Source: Paraphysomonas bandaiensis
Taxonomy: Eukaryota; Protista; Chrysophyceae
Assembly (NCBI GenBank): GCA_965644295.1
Contig: CBFFRP010000123.1
Coordinates: 372,001-436,000 of the forward strand
Reading direction: 5' to 3'
Length of the DNA stretch: 64,000 nucleotides
The notes beneath the pieces are model-generated. The model ran no database searches. It had not been told where the DNA came from and was given only the letters and a program-made list of their open reading frames with translations. The position numbers were made by a program, and so were the translations under genes. Numbering within the stretch: position 1 is the stretch's first letter; every line of letters starts with the position of its first letter. This document shows positions 22,150-36,300 of this stretch, piece by piece.

Positions 22150-22900
22150 TGACTGTCCACTTTAAGTGGCAGTGTAAGAATTCATCATATCTTCATGGTG
22201 AAAATCATCTTTTAGATTTCGGTAAAGTCAATGTTCAACATATTGCAATTACGTAATACCAATATATCGTTCGACAATATCCAACACAATATCAACACCT
22301 ACTTAGTCACATTTCTGCCACGATAAGCAAACATGAACGCGACATATCATTTATCCGAGTTAATTTTTTATTGCATGCCATCATCGTGTAGATATTTTAA
22401 TAATAAGGCTCCATCTGATGATTTTAAAAATATTATTGTTTGATAAAATTTAAGCCAGCAGGTCTGCATACTTCCAAACAATGTCATGGTGAAGTGCAGC
22501 CGTGTCTACAGCTGCACCTAGAAAATTAAGGTATATAGAAAATTTACATTTCAAAGAAATTAGGTTACCCTGAACGTGGTTGTGGTCGCATTGGACAATA
22601 ATATCAATTGTCGTATTGAGAATTTCGTGGACTTGCGTCCTCTCAATCCCGAAATGTTCGGAAATGTTAGTGAGCCTTTGCATGAGGCCAGTCGACTCTG
22701 AAACATTTATAAAATGCTCCTAGGCAGTCGAATACTACTCACGCACGCAGATACTAATACCAATTTTTCTCTAGCAAGGTCATTGCATCGTACTGGTCGA
22801 CTGGATGGTTTTACTGCGCAAATTATTGGTTGAGTGCATGGCCCACAGCGGCAGTCATGACAACGCTTTGATGATACTTTCAGGCTACTTGGAAGGCCAC
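22150..22900 (-). pseudogene. Degenerate, intron-containing, possible PIF/Harbinger-type transposase remnant
   Basis: ISEHFGIERTQVHEILNTTIDII resembles the HTH of DDE_Tnp_4 transposases, followed by a DG motif. Multiple stops; lies within a repeat island. Confidence 0.35.
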
Positions 22901-23476
22901 CTCAATGAATATTTAAAATATACACTGTAGTTTACTTTCCTTCTACTCTTTAAGCTGTAGGCGTTCATTCAGTCCATTTCCAAATATTAGCACGTCGTAG
23001 TACAGTCTCTGCTGCATTGTGAGTAGCTAATATGGACTGATGTAAATGTCATATACAGACAACCTAAACATGAATAAATGAACTCCATGCAGGCAGGCAA
23101 CCACACTCGTTTGGATTTCAAGTTTTAGACTTCAGAGTCCCACAAATCAAAGCAAATGAATATGAATCGACGTACGAATAGAGCCCATGACTTCTTGTGT
23201 ACAAAGATACGACAGCAACACACCTGAGTGGGCAACTACGACAGAGTACCGGAGTACACGGCTGTAGTATATCGCATGGACAGCAGTGATGAAGGTGAAG
23301 GAAGAGCATTGTATTATGCGGTATACGGCAGTATGTTCAGTACTCATTGTCCAATTATATTATCCTATCACAGCACTGCATATACACTTAAACTCTGCTT
23401 AAGTCAGCTGTTCATCCATTAATAACCTCTTGTTAATCTCTGTGCGCTATATCAACTTGTTTTTTATTACTCAACT

Positions 23477-24809
23477 ATGAGTGTGTTCACTACGCACACT
23501 GAAATGTTCGCCAGCATGGTCGAAGTGCTCCGCTGTCTTGTTCAGACAATGGACTCCAAGTCAACTCATACACGAACTCGTGGAGCTAAGTGGCGAAACG
23601 ACTCAGAGTTAGATAATGCTATTCGTGTGTTTAAAAATGAGTCGGATGTCTTGTCGAATAGTTGCACGAAGTTGGCTCTGGTGCTTGACTTTTATATGGT
23701 TAATTCCCTTGTATAACATGTATATCAGATCAATCCCGCAGATATGCCAGCTGATGGTTTGAAAAGCTTATTCGATGAAATTTTTAATGGTGCGCAAAGA
23801 GTATATAACTGTTACAGGTTTGATTATGTGTTTTTACTACTGGATTCGGCTTTCTGATATCAGTGTAGACTACTTTCAGAGCTTCCGCTTTCCAGTCCGT
23901 TTGCCGAATCTCTACATAAATCAGTCCGGTAAGGTCTCATTGGTTTGAATAGAGATTTTCCAATATTTTATAATATTTCTAGAAATGAGCTTACGGAGGT
24001 CCAAGGATTAATTCACTCCGTAGGGACTGGACAGTTCGAAGCCTGTAAAAGGTATGCACCTTCTTTAACTTCTAAATGCCTGGTGTCATCCCATACCAGT
24101 GCAGTAGGACTTGTGTGGGATGCCAATAAAGCGATACAGAAACTTCCTAACACGAATAAGGCCGCTTACAAACGGAGCATTATGGAAGTATGTTGTTGTC
24201 TTTTTCAGGATCTCGGTCGTACCAGTGACGTGTGTATGACAGGCAATGATGGTAGTACAAGACACCAACAGGGAGTTCCGTCAGGCTCTCTCCGCTATGC
24301 CAACAGACGGTAAACCTGCTGCAACTGATGATTTTGTGGACGATGAATTCAGCGATATGGAAGACGAGGACTACACTCCAGAGGACGTGCCCTATGTTGA
24401 GGCCTGCCTATCACTCATGGTTTGCTGCTTCAACATCATGAGGCAGATCATTGAAATTGCCACTGTAGTGTCTGAAAAGATAGAGAGCGCCAATTTGGAA
24501 ACCAAAAACGAATCGGTAGCATCTAGTCACTTGGCGGATGGGGTGATTGAGCAATGGGTTGCAGATCTACACATACTCTGTCATGAACTGAAAAAGTCAG
24601 TCGTTGACCTTGGGGTTGAAATGTATGCACCCCTCGAGCTCGAAGGACTTGCCTCTCAATTCAATGCAGTTAATGCCATTATTCAGCAGATAATTTCTAA
24701 AATAGACACTGACTTTGCTATGGAGCACGCTGAAGAAGTACGGAATAAAATTAAAGAAATTGAGCAAACTGTAGAAATGCAAAAGTTGTGTTTCATATCC
24801 CTAACATAA
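23477..24809 (+). CDS. GCIP / cyclin-D1-binding protein 1-like
   Basis: LSNSCTKLAL, VGLVWDANKAIQKLPNTNKAA...VQDTNREF, acidic linker and VDLGVEMYAP; multi-exon. Confidence 0.75.
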
Positions 24810-25382
24810 TTTTTATTTTCTCTTTTAGTTTATTTGTATTTGATAGTTAGATACATTTATATTTGAGTATGTGGCTATAGACTGGTAACCATTCGAGCGC
24901 AATATTATCGATTGTCATGGTATCAGTAGTATTTCTGTTTGTGTTAAATACAATCATTTCTCGCTTTGCTGGGGTCAGCGCTGCGTAACAATTAATTGCA
25001 ATTTAATTGCAAAAAATGCAATTATTAGCTACAGCTCGCGAAATGCTCAATAGGACTATATATCAATATGTACAAAGTATAAATTTAAGAAATAAGTAAC
25101 AACCAATACTCCTCACTACTTTTAGATCCATTCATAAAACAAAAACGTTTGATTCGTAAATGTCATTTTAGCTTGGTGAGTATTCCCCATCAGAGAGCAG
25201 CAGTATAATTACAATTATACCTCAATAATGCTACACATACTTGGTTTTACAAAACACAAAAACAAATACTCCACTCCATACCAGCTATATGTTACTAGTT
25301 CAATCATCATAACTCTTATTTTTCACGTTAAGTAAAACTCCACGTGTGCAATATCCGATTAGTCCAAATAATTCAAGACTGA

Positions 25383-26051
25383 CTACTTTGCCTTCTTCGA
25401 GCTAAATCCGTGCAAAATTTTGAAAACGCTTTGATCTTTAAAATTTCTCTCCCTCGATTCTCTCAGATTATCCCAAAACTTTTCGCCTCCAATTCGCGTT
25501 TTCATAGCAGTTTGGATCTGGTGCCCTGGGTAAGATATATTTTGGTGACGGCGTGTAAATAACTCAAACTCTTCAAAAGTTATATTTCCATCCACGTTCG
25601 AGTCTGCTCTAGCAACCATACCATCTAAAGTTTTATTTTTCCCGTATGCTATGCCATATGCACCCAGCGTAATATTTTCGAACTCGTCACGACTGATGGT
25701 TTTCGAGCCATCGCGATCATATAGTTTAAACACAAAGTGTAACAAATCAAGAGTAAGAAAGTCCCAAATGTTGATTACGAATTCTATGAAAGATATTTCG
25801 TGTGAATCATTGCCATCCATCTTGGAAAACACCATTCTACTGAAAGGAGTCTCTTCAAGTTTAAAGTAGTTATGAAACTCTTTAATATTTAGAAGACGGC
25901 TGTGTTCTTTGTCAATCGCAGTAAATGCCTGCCATAACACATCCACCTCCTCTGGAAAGAGTTTTAGTTTTGATATAACTTCATTAGTTTCCGGGGTGAG
26001 CTCGATATCCAAGCCACCCTGATGACTATCTGCGCTGCAACCTGAACCCAT
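25383..26051 (-). CDS. Four-EF-hand calcium sensor (calcineurin B/NCS-like), N-acylated
   Basis: MGSGCS start; EF loops DKEHSRLLNIKE, DGNDSHEISFIE, DRDGSKTISRDE and DSNVDGNITFEE; intronless. Confidence 0.9.
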   Translation of the reverse strand: MGSGCSADSHQGGLDIELTPETNEVISKLKLFPEEVDVLWQAFTAIDKEHSRLLNIKEFHNYFKLEETPFSRMVFSKMDGNDSHEISFIEFVINIWDFLTLDLLHFVFKLYDRDGSKTISRDEFENITLGAYGIAYGKNKTLDGMVARADSNVDGNITFEEFELFTRRHQNISYPGHQIQTAMKTRIGGEKFWDNLRESRERNFKDQSVFKILHGFSSKKAK

Positions 26052-26517
26052 CTTTATTCAATCCAGTATCACATTCCAAGCAGCTACGATAACTGTTGGA
26101 GAAATAAAACAGAAGGAGGAAACGGACTTAACCAACCAAAGGTGGTGTGGATATTATCTCCATTGGGCTCTAAAACGTGCGTTAGCAGTTACAGAGAATC
26201 CAAAGTACCGCCCAGTATCCACCACTCTACGTCCATATCTATTGCAGGAGTACTGCTGTACTTGCAGTGGTGCAGTACAACAGTATAGTGCCGTATATAT
26301 ACTTGTATACGACAACAACTATAACACCCTCACCCTGTGGAGACTCTTCACACCTGTGTTGGTGTGTCATTTATACCAATAAGATCGTCCATCAACCGTC
26401 AACCACTTTACATTAACCACCACCACTACAAGTGACGACTGTCTCTCTTGAAATAAATGTAGTATTCGATTAAGTAATCCCATGTCGTAGCCGTCATATT
26501 CGCTTTAACACATAAGA

Positions 26518-27333
26518 ATGTATCCAAATAAAATTCGGAGGTTTATTATGACTCTGATGTTCGGCTTATCTCTCCTTTCATTGATTTTAACTATAGTGGG
26601 AGTGGCAGGAACATCGAAGGAACAAGAAACTGTGGTTGATGTGAATTGGGCATACGCCGAAGTTGATGACATTGAGCAAGGGGTCATACGATACCTTTAT
26701 GTTGGCCTCAATATGATGGTGTACGACGGGTTTACATTTGTATACAAATCATGTCGTGAGGAGTTTTGTAGTGATTGTTTAGCAGCAGGAAGCGCAAATG
26801 AAGTACTAACTGCTCTTGCTCTGATCTGTATAACGTTGGTAATGTGCTGCAGTATTGTCAGGCTGTTCATAGATTCTTACCTCATATGGTGTATTACCTC
26901 TGCATCTTCTCTATTATCTGTTGTTTTGAGCTTAATCACGCTTTGTGTTTTTTCTGACTGCTATAAGGCTGTTGATCTATGGCAGTCTCGTATGCGTATC
27001 TATTACGGTCCTGGTTTTGTGTCGATGCTCGTTACTATGTTTTTAATGGTTGCAGTGGGTATGTTTCAGTATTTGGTTCCTTATAACGGACTGCTTGAGA
27101 GAGGTAAAGTTGGCGGTGAGTGGTATTATGGTGAGGATAATGAGAATGAGAATGATGGGGAAAACCGTATTTCGTATGACCCAACAAATGATGAGGAATT
27201 ACCAGCTGCATGGAGACGATCCAGTTATTTGAACTCGACATCACTGCCTGAAGGAAGTCAACGAGACAATATTCCCGTGGCTGTTCCAGTGCTTGAGGCT
27301 GTAAATACGCATCCTGTTCCTGATCAATACTAA
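26518..27333 (+). CDS. Four-TM claudin/amastin-like membrane protein
   Basis: Four hydrophobic segments, a Cys-containing first loop, YGPGF before TM4 and an acidic tail. Confidence 0.75.
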   Translation: MYPNKIRRFIMTLMFGLSLLSLILTIVGVAGTSKEQETVVDVNWAYAEVDDIEQGVIRYLYVGLNMMVYDGFTFVYKSCREEFCSDCLAAGSANEVLTALALICITLVMCCSIVRLFIDSYLIWCITSASSLLSVVLSLITLCVFSDCYKAVDLWQSRMRIYYGPGFVSMLVTMFLMVAVGMFQYLVPYNGLLERGKVGGEWYYGEDNENENDGENRISYDPTNDEELPAAWRRSSYLNSTSLPEGSQRDNIPVAVPVLEAVNTHPVPDQY

Positions 27334-27855
27334 AAAAATAAGCATTTAAATTGAGCTAAGGGTACAAGTTTAAAATGCCAATAGCTCTTTCTTGTTATTT
27401 GTGTGTTCGTGATTACACACCTGGCAAACGCCTTGTCGTGATTACTTAAGTGTTGTCTTTATTTGTCTAGATGTGTTAAAATGTTATTATGTCTTGTAAG
27501 CCAATGTAATCACTGTTATTGCTTCTGAATTGTTCCTGCTTCAGCTGCTGCAGCGTCAATTTAGACTGTAACGCTACTCCTTATTTGAATCATAATGGAA
27601 ATATGATATATTTTCAGCCCTTTCTGAGTTGTTTATGACTCACAGCATGATATGCTTTGCTTATCTTTTCTTTATTAGAACACGACTACTGTACAATTTT
27701 CACTACGGTAACATATGGAAAACTTTGCGGCTTGCTAAGCAAACAGATAATGATAACATCCTCTACTCTGAAGACCTGAGACCTGTACATGCAGGCTACA
27801 CTGAGTATGTGCGTGTTGAACTGTACCACTTCAGCATAAATATCACGATTGCCCA

Positions 27856-29714
27856 TTAAGTTATATAAGCAGGTAATGACATCGATTTCCTATGATAATT
27901 TCCTTTGTCCCCCACATAAGTAATTTTTCCACGGCTCTCTTGATTACTGGGTGTGTTTAAAGCTCTTGACAAGAGACCACTCTGTGATATCGATAACACA
28001 TCATCTTCACTCCATGTGTCTGAAGTGTTATCAAGTGTTAATTGTCGGGTGTATGAATTTCGCTTCGGTTTCTTCAAGCCATTTGAGTTTACGACTTTCT
28101 GTTTACTCTTGCTGAAGACAAGACATGCGAGAAGCGCTATCGTTACAACTCCACAAATAGTAGCTGTAACAGGAATTATGTAATCTTCTTTATCTTTTTC
28201 TTTTCTCTTTGCTCTGTGGGGGCTGTCATTCATGCCCGGGTTACCACCACCAGGATCGTCAGAAAACTCGGAATGATTCATGTACTGGTGAGGATTGTAC
28301 ATAGTATACTTGTACACAACTGTTCCGTTCCAGTTAATATACACCACGCACAGAGTAGTGTTGCTAGCACGGAAAGCAGTGAACGCGCTATATCCTGTAC
28401 CGTTCCACACCAGATCTGCGGCAGAAGCTGTATCTCCCATATTATCCGTCTGTGCACCAGCGCCAGAAACAAAGTACTCAGTCCCACCGGCCCTGACACG
28501 GTATTAGATGACAGGTATTATGTGAGAAAAGTGAACGGCGCACCTCAAATGCTCGGATATGTGGTCGTGTCCAGAGAGATACATACTCACGTTAAATTCT
28601 TTTATTAGGGGTTGAAGATAATTAACAAGTTCGCTTGTGTCCCCATGATCTCCATAGGAGTAAATGGGGTAATGACCGATGACGATAAGCCAGGTTGGCT
28701 TTGATGCAACTGCTTCAGACAGCATGTATTGAATATGACGAAGTTGGTTGTCGATTCGACTGGATTGTTCCTCATATGACACGCCTCTGAAAATCAAATA
28801 ACGCAGTAAGATGTCAAAACCACAAATATGCTAACAATGAAAACAGAAACTCATTGCATGTCATAAAATTTTCAAGGTGTAAGCACCATGTTGTAAGCTA
28901 GAGTATAAAAAGATTGTGATAATACCCATCTTCATTGCAGCAGTCATTCTCGCTCGGTGCCAGTGTGGTTGTATCAACAAAAACACATACTACTTTTCCT
29001 CCTCCTGGAATATGGAATGTTTCCGAATAGTTTAACGCCTTAAACTTCCACAGATTGCTCGTAAAGTCGTCCACATTTAACGCTTTTTTGTTTTTATACC
29101 GATCCACTTGTGCATTGGCACCTTGTACACCGTAGCCGTAATCTACACAGTGGTCAAAACATGATAGCATAATTGATACCCGTACCATGGTTGCCAAGAA
29201 CAGGATACCACGGAACACGAAGGCTGGTATAGTTAGTAAGATAAACATCTCTCCATAGTGAATTCCACAAGGAATCATTTGTTGATTTGACTCCGTCATC
29301 ATAAAAATTATCTCCCAGTGCAAGGACAAATTCAGGAGGGACATCTGAGTGAGAAGCGTAATTGGCCATGGCCTTAGCAACTGCGGCTTGATAAGTATAA
29401 TGTTCACGCCCTTCGCCGTGTTCTGGTCCCCCATTTTCTCCTTCAGGGCCACCGTCTTCTCGATCCGGGTCCTTGTTCTCCATAACAGAATGTTGCTTTC
29501 GCAGAAAATTCTTCCTTACAAAACCATTCCGTTGATAGATAGCACTAGGAACTGATCCTAGACCATAAGCGTCACTAGAGGAGAATGTACGCAAAATATT
29601 TCCACTGTTTCCTCCCTTGCCCCAGTCGCCAATGGCGAGAAAATGCAAATAATTCCGCTCATCATTCTCAGAAAACACTGTTGATAAAAAAGCGAGATAT
29701 ATAAACAGTTTCAT
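27856..29714 (-). CDS. Purple (tartrate-resistant type) acid phosphatase, type I membrane-anchored
   Basis: Signal peptide MKLFIYLAFLSTVFS; GDWG, GDNFY, GNH|DY, GHYP and GHDH metal motifs; C-terminal TM helix; 3 introns. Confidence 0.92.
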
Positions 29715-30369
29715 CGTAACGCACTTGACTATCAAGCAATCTGAATAACTTGATACATAAAATCAAGTCAAATTCCATAATATTATACTCTGATCGAGTC
29801 GTTTTCGCTCCAGCGATCAATGTCGGCTGATTGGACAGATCAACCCTAACACCACACTCTTGACCTGCATCCATCTTCACCAAGAAACAAGAACAATAAA
29901 ACTGTCAAGAAAATGAAGGAATGTAAGCATATATTATCCATACTATGGTCTTTCATAGTTAAATACGCATACAGTCCATGTGAGAAGAATGACTTGTAGA
30001 CTTATCGGCCCATATTTCCACCTCTTCATATCCAGGTACTGCCTGCAGCTGTACAGCACACTGAGGACACACAACAGGAATACTGCACTTATACAGCTGT
30101 ATATGATATTGATGTGTTGGTGTAGAGTTGTGTTTTTTCTGCTTCATCTTTATATATACGTGCGTTTGTATACATAATCTACACCTTACAAGCCTCCCCA
30201 TATCATACAATATCATAACCTCACAGCAGCGTATTGAGATTAATTTCATATATTGGGTTAATGTACAAGGCACTGATAGAGTGCCGAAGCAGTAATGGAG
30301 CTCTTGGTATTGTGATTTAACATCTACATGTTTTCTTTTTCGCCAGCTGTGAATTAATTTGACACTTTT

Positions 30370-33300
30370 ATGTCTAATTTCTTGAAAAGGCTTCTTCCGA
30401 GCTTTGGTCTTAGTCGGGTTATGCACTAAGTTATTGTCTTGTTTTCTTTAAATTTTATTAAATAGGAGTCTGGTGAAGATACATTAGCACCAGATAGTCA
30501 AGATACTAGCGGTATCGCTATTGTGCCGGATATTAGAGCTGAAACACAGCCTGATGTGGAGTATGCTTTCAGGTTGGGGGTATTTCAACTCGGTGTATAG
30601 TATTCTAATTTGCGTATATAGTGAGGATGAAGAAGGCAAGTTTCTTTCAAAACTCTGGGATGAGTATATATCGACTTATGAATCCAATGAATCTGAAAAG
30701 CAAAACGTTCAGGTTAATCACGTATCTGATATAATTCTATTTAGATGATATTGTTGAAATTTCATTCTGTTGTTGTTCGTTTGTGCACTTATGACTAAAT
30801 GCTGTGCACTGAGTTCACATATATTACAGATTCGACATAGCGCCTTCAATCGATTTGCGAGTCAGTTTATATCGTCTTACTCTGCGGTTTTGGACGCTAT
30901 GGAAACGCGATGCGATTGTCATATCGAACATGATAATAATAGTGCAGGCACCTTTTCATCACATGCAATTCACCGGGATATCTTGCCAACGGGGTTACCA
31001 CGGAAGACAACCCCGAGTATAAATGAAACATCAGGACATGCTTCTGAAGTAATTGTACAAATTGCGAGTATGTTGACTGAGTACTTAGAGGTGGGCGATA
31101 TCAGCGATCCGTCTTTTCCATATGACCAGGACCCACCCCAGCAGAGTGTTTTTCTCAGTGATGATTGCATAACAATTTCAGTGAAAAATGTTTTCGTCGA
31201 GAATGACCGCACTCCTGTCTTACGGAACGTGTCGAATGAAGGAAAGAGAGAAGGCTCGGAGGTCAAACTTCATCACACCGGACCTTCTGAACTCGAGAGC
31301 ACTTTTTCATTGGCACCGGAATGGGAAGACGAGGCAGAACACACATCTACACATCGATCCACTGTGCTTCATATTCTCCACAGTCTGTCCACCCTGATGC
31401 ACTGGAAGCATAACCGCAGAATTGTTGCCAATAGACTTGGTCAGAGTTTTGCACAGGAGGTTGTTGGGGTGCTTCAGTTTTTTTCGACGAAAATTGATGA
31501 AGTTACCGTTTCATGGACTGCTGCTCGTGAATTGGCACTACGTACGAGTCACTGGGCTACATCTGATCTGCGCCAAGATACTGACTTCATAATCAGCTCT
31601 TTGTTGGCGGTTTCGCGCCTCATTGCCTGTAGTTGTCCGACGATGCGTGAGATGGCCAAGTGCACGGCGACCGGTTTTCTTCCGAACCAGCCGTGGACGG
31701 AGTCTGCGTTCGAAGCTATGGGAATTGATATTATGCCACTCATGAATACTTCGAACGGAGATTTACAAAGGAGTGAAACTCTGCCACCAGTTCCTATGCA
31801 TGTGAATGATTCTCAATGCGAATCAGGTGTGGACGATGCAGCTGGTGTGGTGCAGGATAGTATGGCTATGAATACATCCAAGCCTGAAGTGGACAATTCG
31901 AGGGAGCCGAGATTGGGTAAATACAAAGCTTCCCGTGATCATAGTTCGCGAGAACAAAGACAGTTATCTAACGAAAATGTACAACGGATAAAAATATCGG
32001 ATCCTATAATTTCTTCCGCCATGGGACCACTGCAGGTGTCTTCAAGTGGTGATGCATGGTCTGGAATGCTTTTGTCGGCTGGAGTAGACAGAGCTCTGTT
32101 ATCGTTGCTGCGAAAGATAGTCATACTGAGTCGGATACTTACTTCGTCCCCGGATAATTGGAAGCCTGATGGCAATGAGAGTACGCAGAACTCTGATTGG
32201 AACGATTCATCTTTAGATGAATGGGCAGAGTCTGTGCTAATTCCATGGAAGGCTTGTACTATATTGCAGAATGAAGTTCTTTTTGCACTTTTGGCAATTA
32301 CCACTTCTCATCTAGACGCCGCGAGCAAACGATTTATGGCATGCGATGGCCCTCAGACACTGAACATGTTGTTGTTAGATCCGACTAGCATTTGTACCGG
32401 GAAAAGTAGTGTGGCGGTGGATTTAGTTTTGCTTAGAGGAATTTTATGTCTTCGTTTGAATGAATTATTGAATCGGGTTTTTTCTGTACAATGTGATAGC
32501 AATAAGGATTATGATGGTCGTACTACTGTACTACTTACAGAGTCAATTGGATGGTTTTTATCCTGGATGAGGGCCGCATATCGTTATGAAGACGAGTATG
32601 AGGAAGACTTAATATCAAGGTGCACATGTCAGGATGATACTGTAAAGGATACGAAACGGCAACGACCACTTGGTGATACAGTCGTAGTGGGGTGTGCACA
32701 AACTCCGTACATGTATGCGCCCCCCCTTGTAGAATCTGATCTCTGGCCTTGGAGTCAACAGCCTTTTCAAGCCCGACCGTCAGTATTACGTGGCGGAGAG
32801 AACTCAATTGCTTTGTTTCCGAAAAAAACAGGGGCCAATTATAGATTGTGTCACGATTGTTCGGAAAGAGACACATATGAGACCTCGACGAAAAGTACAG
32901 ACCTTTTGTTTCCTAACGTTTTTCAAACCTGGATCGAGTTCGTAGTAGAAAAGGCCAACGCTGATGAAGGAAACGATACGGCTGAGTTTGACCATTTGCC
33001 ATGGTTTCTCTGCGGGCGGTCAGCTCGCGCATGGCAAGCTGTTTTCAGTGTTCTGGCCAGCACCTGCCTCGCAAAGGGTTATTTCTCTGCTGAAATGAAT
33101 AACGTATTCAATTCCAAGCGAAACCACGTACTTACAAACTTTACAACTGTCTGCAACTCTGTTGCCATGGCTCTAGATGAGCCAATTAATCTTATTTCAT
33201 CTAAATTGCGCCCTAATCATGCTCTTGAATCAGGGGATCGGGTACCAATATTTGAGATGCACTACCTATTGTTTATTGGAAGATGTATTAAATGTGAAAT

Positions 33301-36300
33301 TTTGAGCATCATTGAGGCATGCTTTGAAGAAGAGCCTGAAATTTGGTCTATGTTATTTTCTTCCAAATTTCTTCTTGGTGGCCGCGAGTCGGTTGAAAAA
33401 TTAATAAGACATAATATTTCCGCGTCGAAAAAGAGCGCAGAGGACATGATTCCTGTGGAGCCATATCTATCTGGGTGTGGAGATTCTTTCTTGGGACCAT
33501 TGCTGCGCTGTAGCTCGAATAAATATGTGAATACAGAATTAGTGCGAGAAAATGTAGAGCATATAGCGGGATACACGTGGATGTACCTTCACGACTGTGT
33601 ATTGGATCTCACTTCCTATATGACAACTGAGTTGAATCGACCACCTGCAAGCCGTATAGTCAGCACTAAGCGTAGCTTTGATGCGAAGCCTATTATACAT
33701 GCGCTACAGACGTCCAGTGAGAGTGGATACGATGATGTTTCATTCCGACTCTTACGGTGGATGAAGTGGTACCTCAATTTGATTGAAGCGCGTGGGACTT
33801 CGATACGTAATATTATGAGTAGTCAATTTTTTCGGGCGTCCCTGGCAGTGTGCGGGTACCATCTGGGCGATATCAAAGCGAGCGCTATTCTACACAAAGA
33901 ACATATTGTCGACCCTTTGGAGTCGGTACAGAAAACCCGTCTCTTTATGTGGCCTGCTCGGAGAGCTGCGATTGAAATTATTGTTCATGTACTGGATATG
34001 CCAGACTGTGATCGTTGGCTTAAGTTATTCTCTAGCTCGAAACCCGACTCTTCGTTAGCAGATAGCGATATTGGTAAAACCACAACCACAGTGCCACCGC
34101 GATCTATTTCTGCAAAACAGGGCAAATCACCAGCCCATGTAACTTTAATGCTTCTCTTTGTTGACACCCGGTTGAGGGGTGTTTTGTGTTACATTCTGAT
34201 GAAAGTTCTCTCCCGTATCGTAGTGGAGACTCTGGGCGAACGCAACTGTACAGATGACGACAATTGGGACGATGGCAGTTTGAAAAGTCATGTGGCATCA
34301 TCAGAAGCTGATACCACAGTTCCGTCCAATGCGACCTTGGCGAAAAGTGTGTCCCTAATGTACTCAGGGAAGGCAAATATGTCTCGAAAGATCTCGAAGG
34401 ATTATACCAATTCAAGGTCCTATGACGCTTGCATACGTGATATGATCATGGATTTATTTGAAATTGTCAAATGGTCGTCCCGTCAGCCGGAATGGTACAA
34501 CGGGGCTTCTGTTGCGGGAGTCATTTTAAGTAGTTTTACTCAATTTCTTCGGTCTTATAAAAATGATGGTGGTGTTATGAAGCAGACACAACGATGGTTT
34601 CGAAGAGGGGCTGTAATGTCAGAGGTTGTTACAAGCCTCATAACTTGTATTAGCTTTGCATCTGATAACCAATGGACTGACGAGGATAAAATCACCGTTG
34701 TTCATCAAGGATTCTCTTACTTAACAGCAGTGATGGCTTGCAATTCCAAAAATAAGTCGGAATTTAAGAGCACAATGATGTCACGGAGATCTGGCCGATC
34801 AATCCATACAGGAGCCTCGCCAAGTAGTGGTGGTGCGTCTACTTATAAATCAAGTGGTCCTAAATTTTCTACCAACGCTTTCAGTAAAGGCGCAAATTCT
34901 ATTGTACTTAAGTATGACGATTTCATTGACATGATACTGCAAGCTTGCCCTGAGCCTACAGTTGAAACTATACTCGTGTTAATTGAAATGGTTTTAGATG
35001 GCCCGCTGACGAATTCCAAAGATCTCATTTCGATGATGTCGCTTGAAGAAGACCAGATATCTAACGGTTTTTTTGCTGATCAGTTCGACCGACCTCAAAT
35101 TTGCAACATGAACGCAATACCTATTATATTTGGAATATTATCTAGTTGCTCTAATAATCTGCAGAAATGTATATTGAATTCCTTTCACCAGTTGGTTGTG
35201 GGAAGAGCATCCTTGGTTAACATCTCAAACTGTTCTCAAATGCGTCCATCTTTGTTGGATTTAGTCCTTGACCATTTACCTGAACAAGAAGAATCAACCC
35301 AAAATGTGTCTGTTAAGCTCTTGCAGACTCTTGGAAGGCATAGTATCACTGTGGCTCAGCTGAAGCGGATGTTCCAAATGATGCGAAGTAACGGCGACTA
35401 TCGACCAGCATATACTACATTTCTACTTCGAAGCCTTCAAGGCATGATTGACGATGATGAATCTCCCCGTCATTCGTTTGTGTTTGGGGGTGTTAACAGT
35501 GGTCTGGCGATGCCAAGTATGCCCCGCTGGCCTGCGCAGTCGGCGTACACCATCAGTCTATGGCTGCGTGTGGAATCACCTCAATGGAATGCGATGGCGG
35601 ATTTTTGGGAAAGTCAGTCCGAAAGTTATAGGCATAGCATTCAAAAAGAATATCGACCTTATGTGTTGTGTCTGCGATGTAACAATGGGAATGGTATTGA
35701 GGTGTACCTTAAACGAAGTGGAACGCATACTAGCAAGTTCAGAATACACATTCGATGTCACAATGGTCCAGATAGTGTTGACACATTTCAAGTTCCTGGC
35801 GCTTACGTTAACGAGGGGCGCTGGCATTATCTCGCGATCAGCCATCATTCTTCTGGTTTCCGCAGCAATAGTGAAGCTGAAGTTATGCTGGATGATCACT
35901 TCGTGCGTCACAAGCTGTCGTATCCTCGGTTTACTGACACCATAGAAGCACCTCTTTTGGGAGACTGTATGCCGAAATTTCGTGATGATACTTTAAACAC
36001 TACCATGCGTGGGCAAATGAGTGCCATGTACTTATTTACCGATGCCTTAACGGAAGGCCAATTGAGAGGTATATATGGACTTGGGCCGAGCTACTTTTAT
36101 GCCTTTGAGCCGTTCACAACAGTTCATAGAGACCTACCTCCCGCTTCATCAAGCAAGAAGCAAACTGTGGACCCTGTGCTGAGTATTTTGGATGGTTCGT
36201 TGACGTCCCTTATTGCCCTGTCTTATAACCCGGCAGTGTGGAAAGGGGACTTATATCTGGACAATACTCCAGAGAAAAATCAAGTGAAGTGGAAGTTCTC

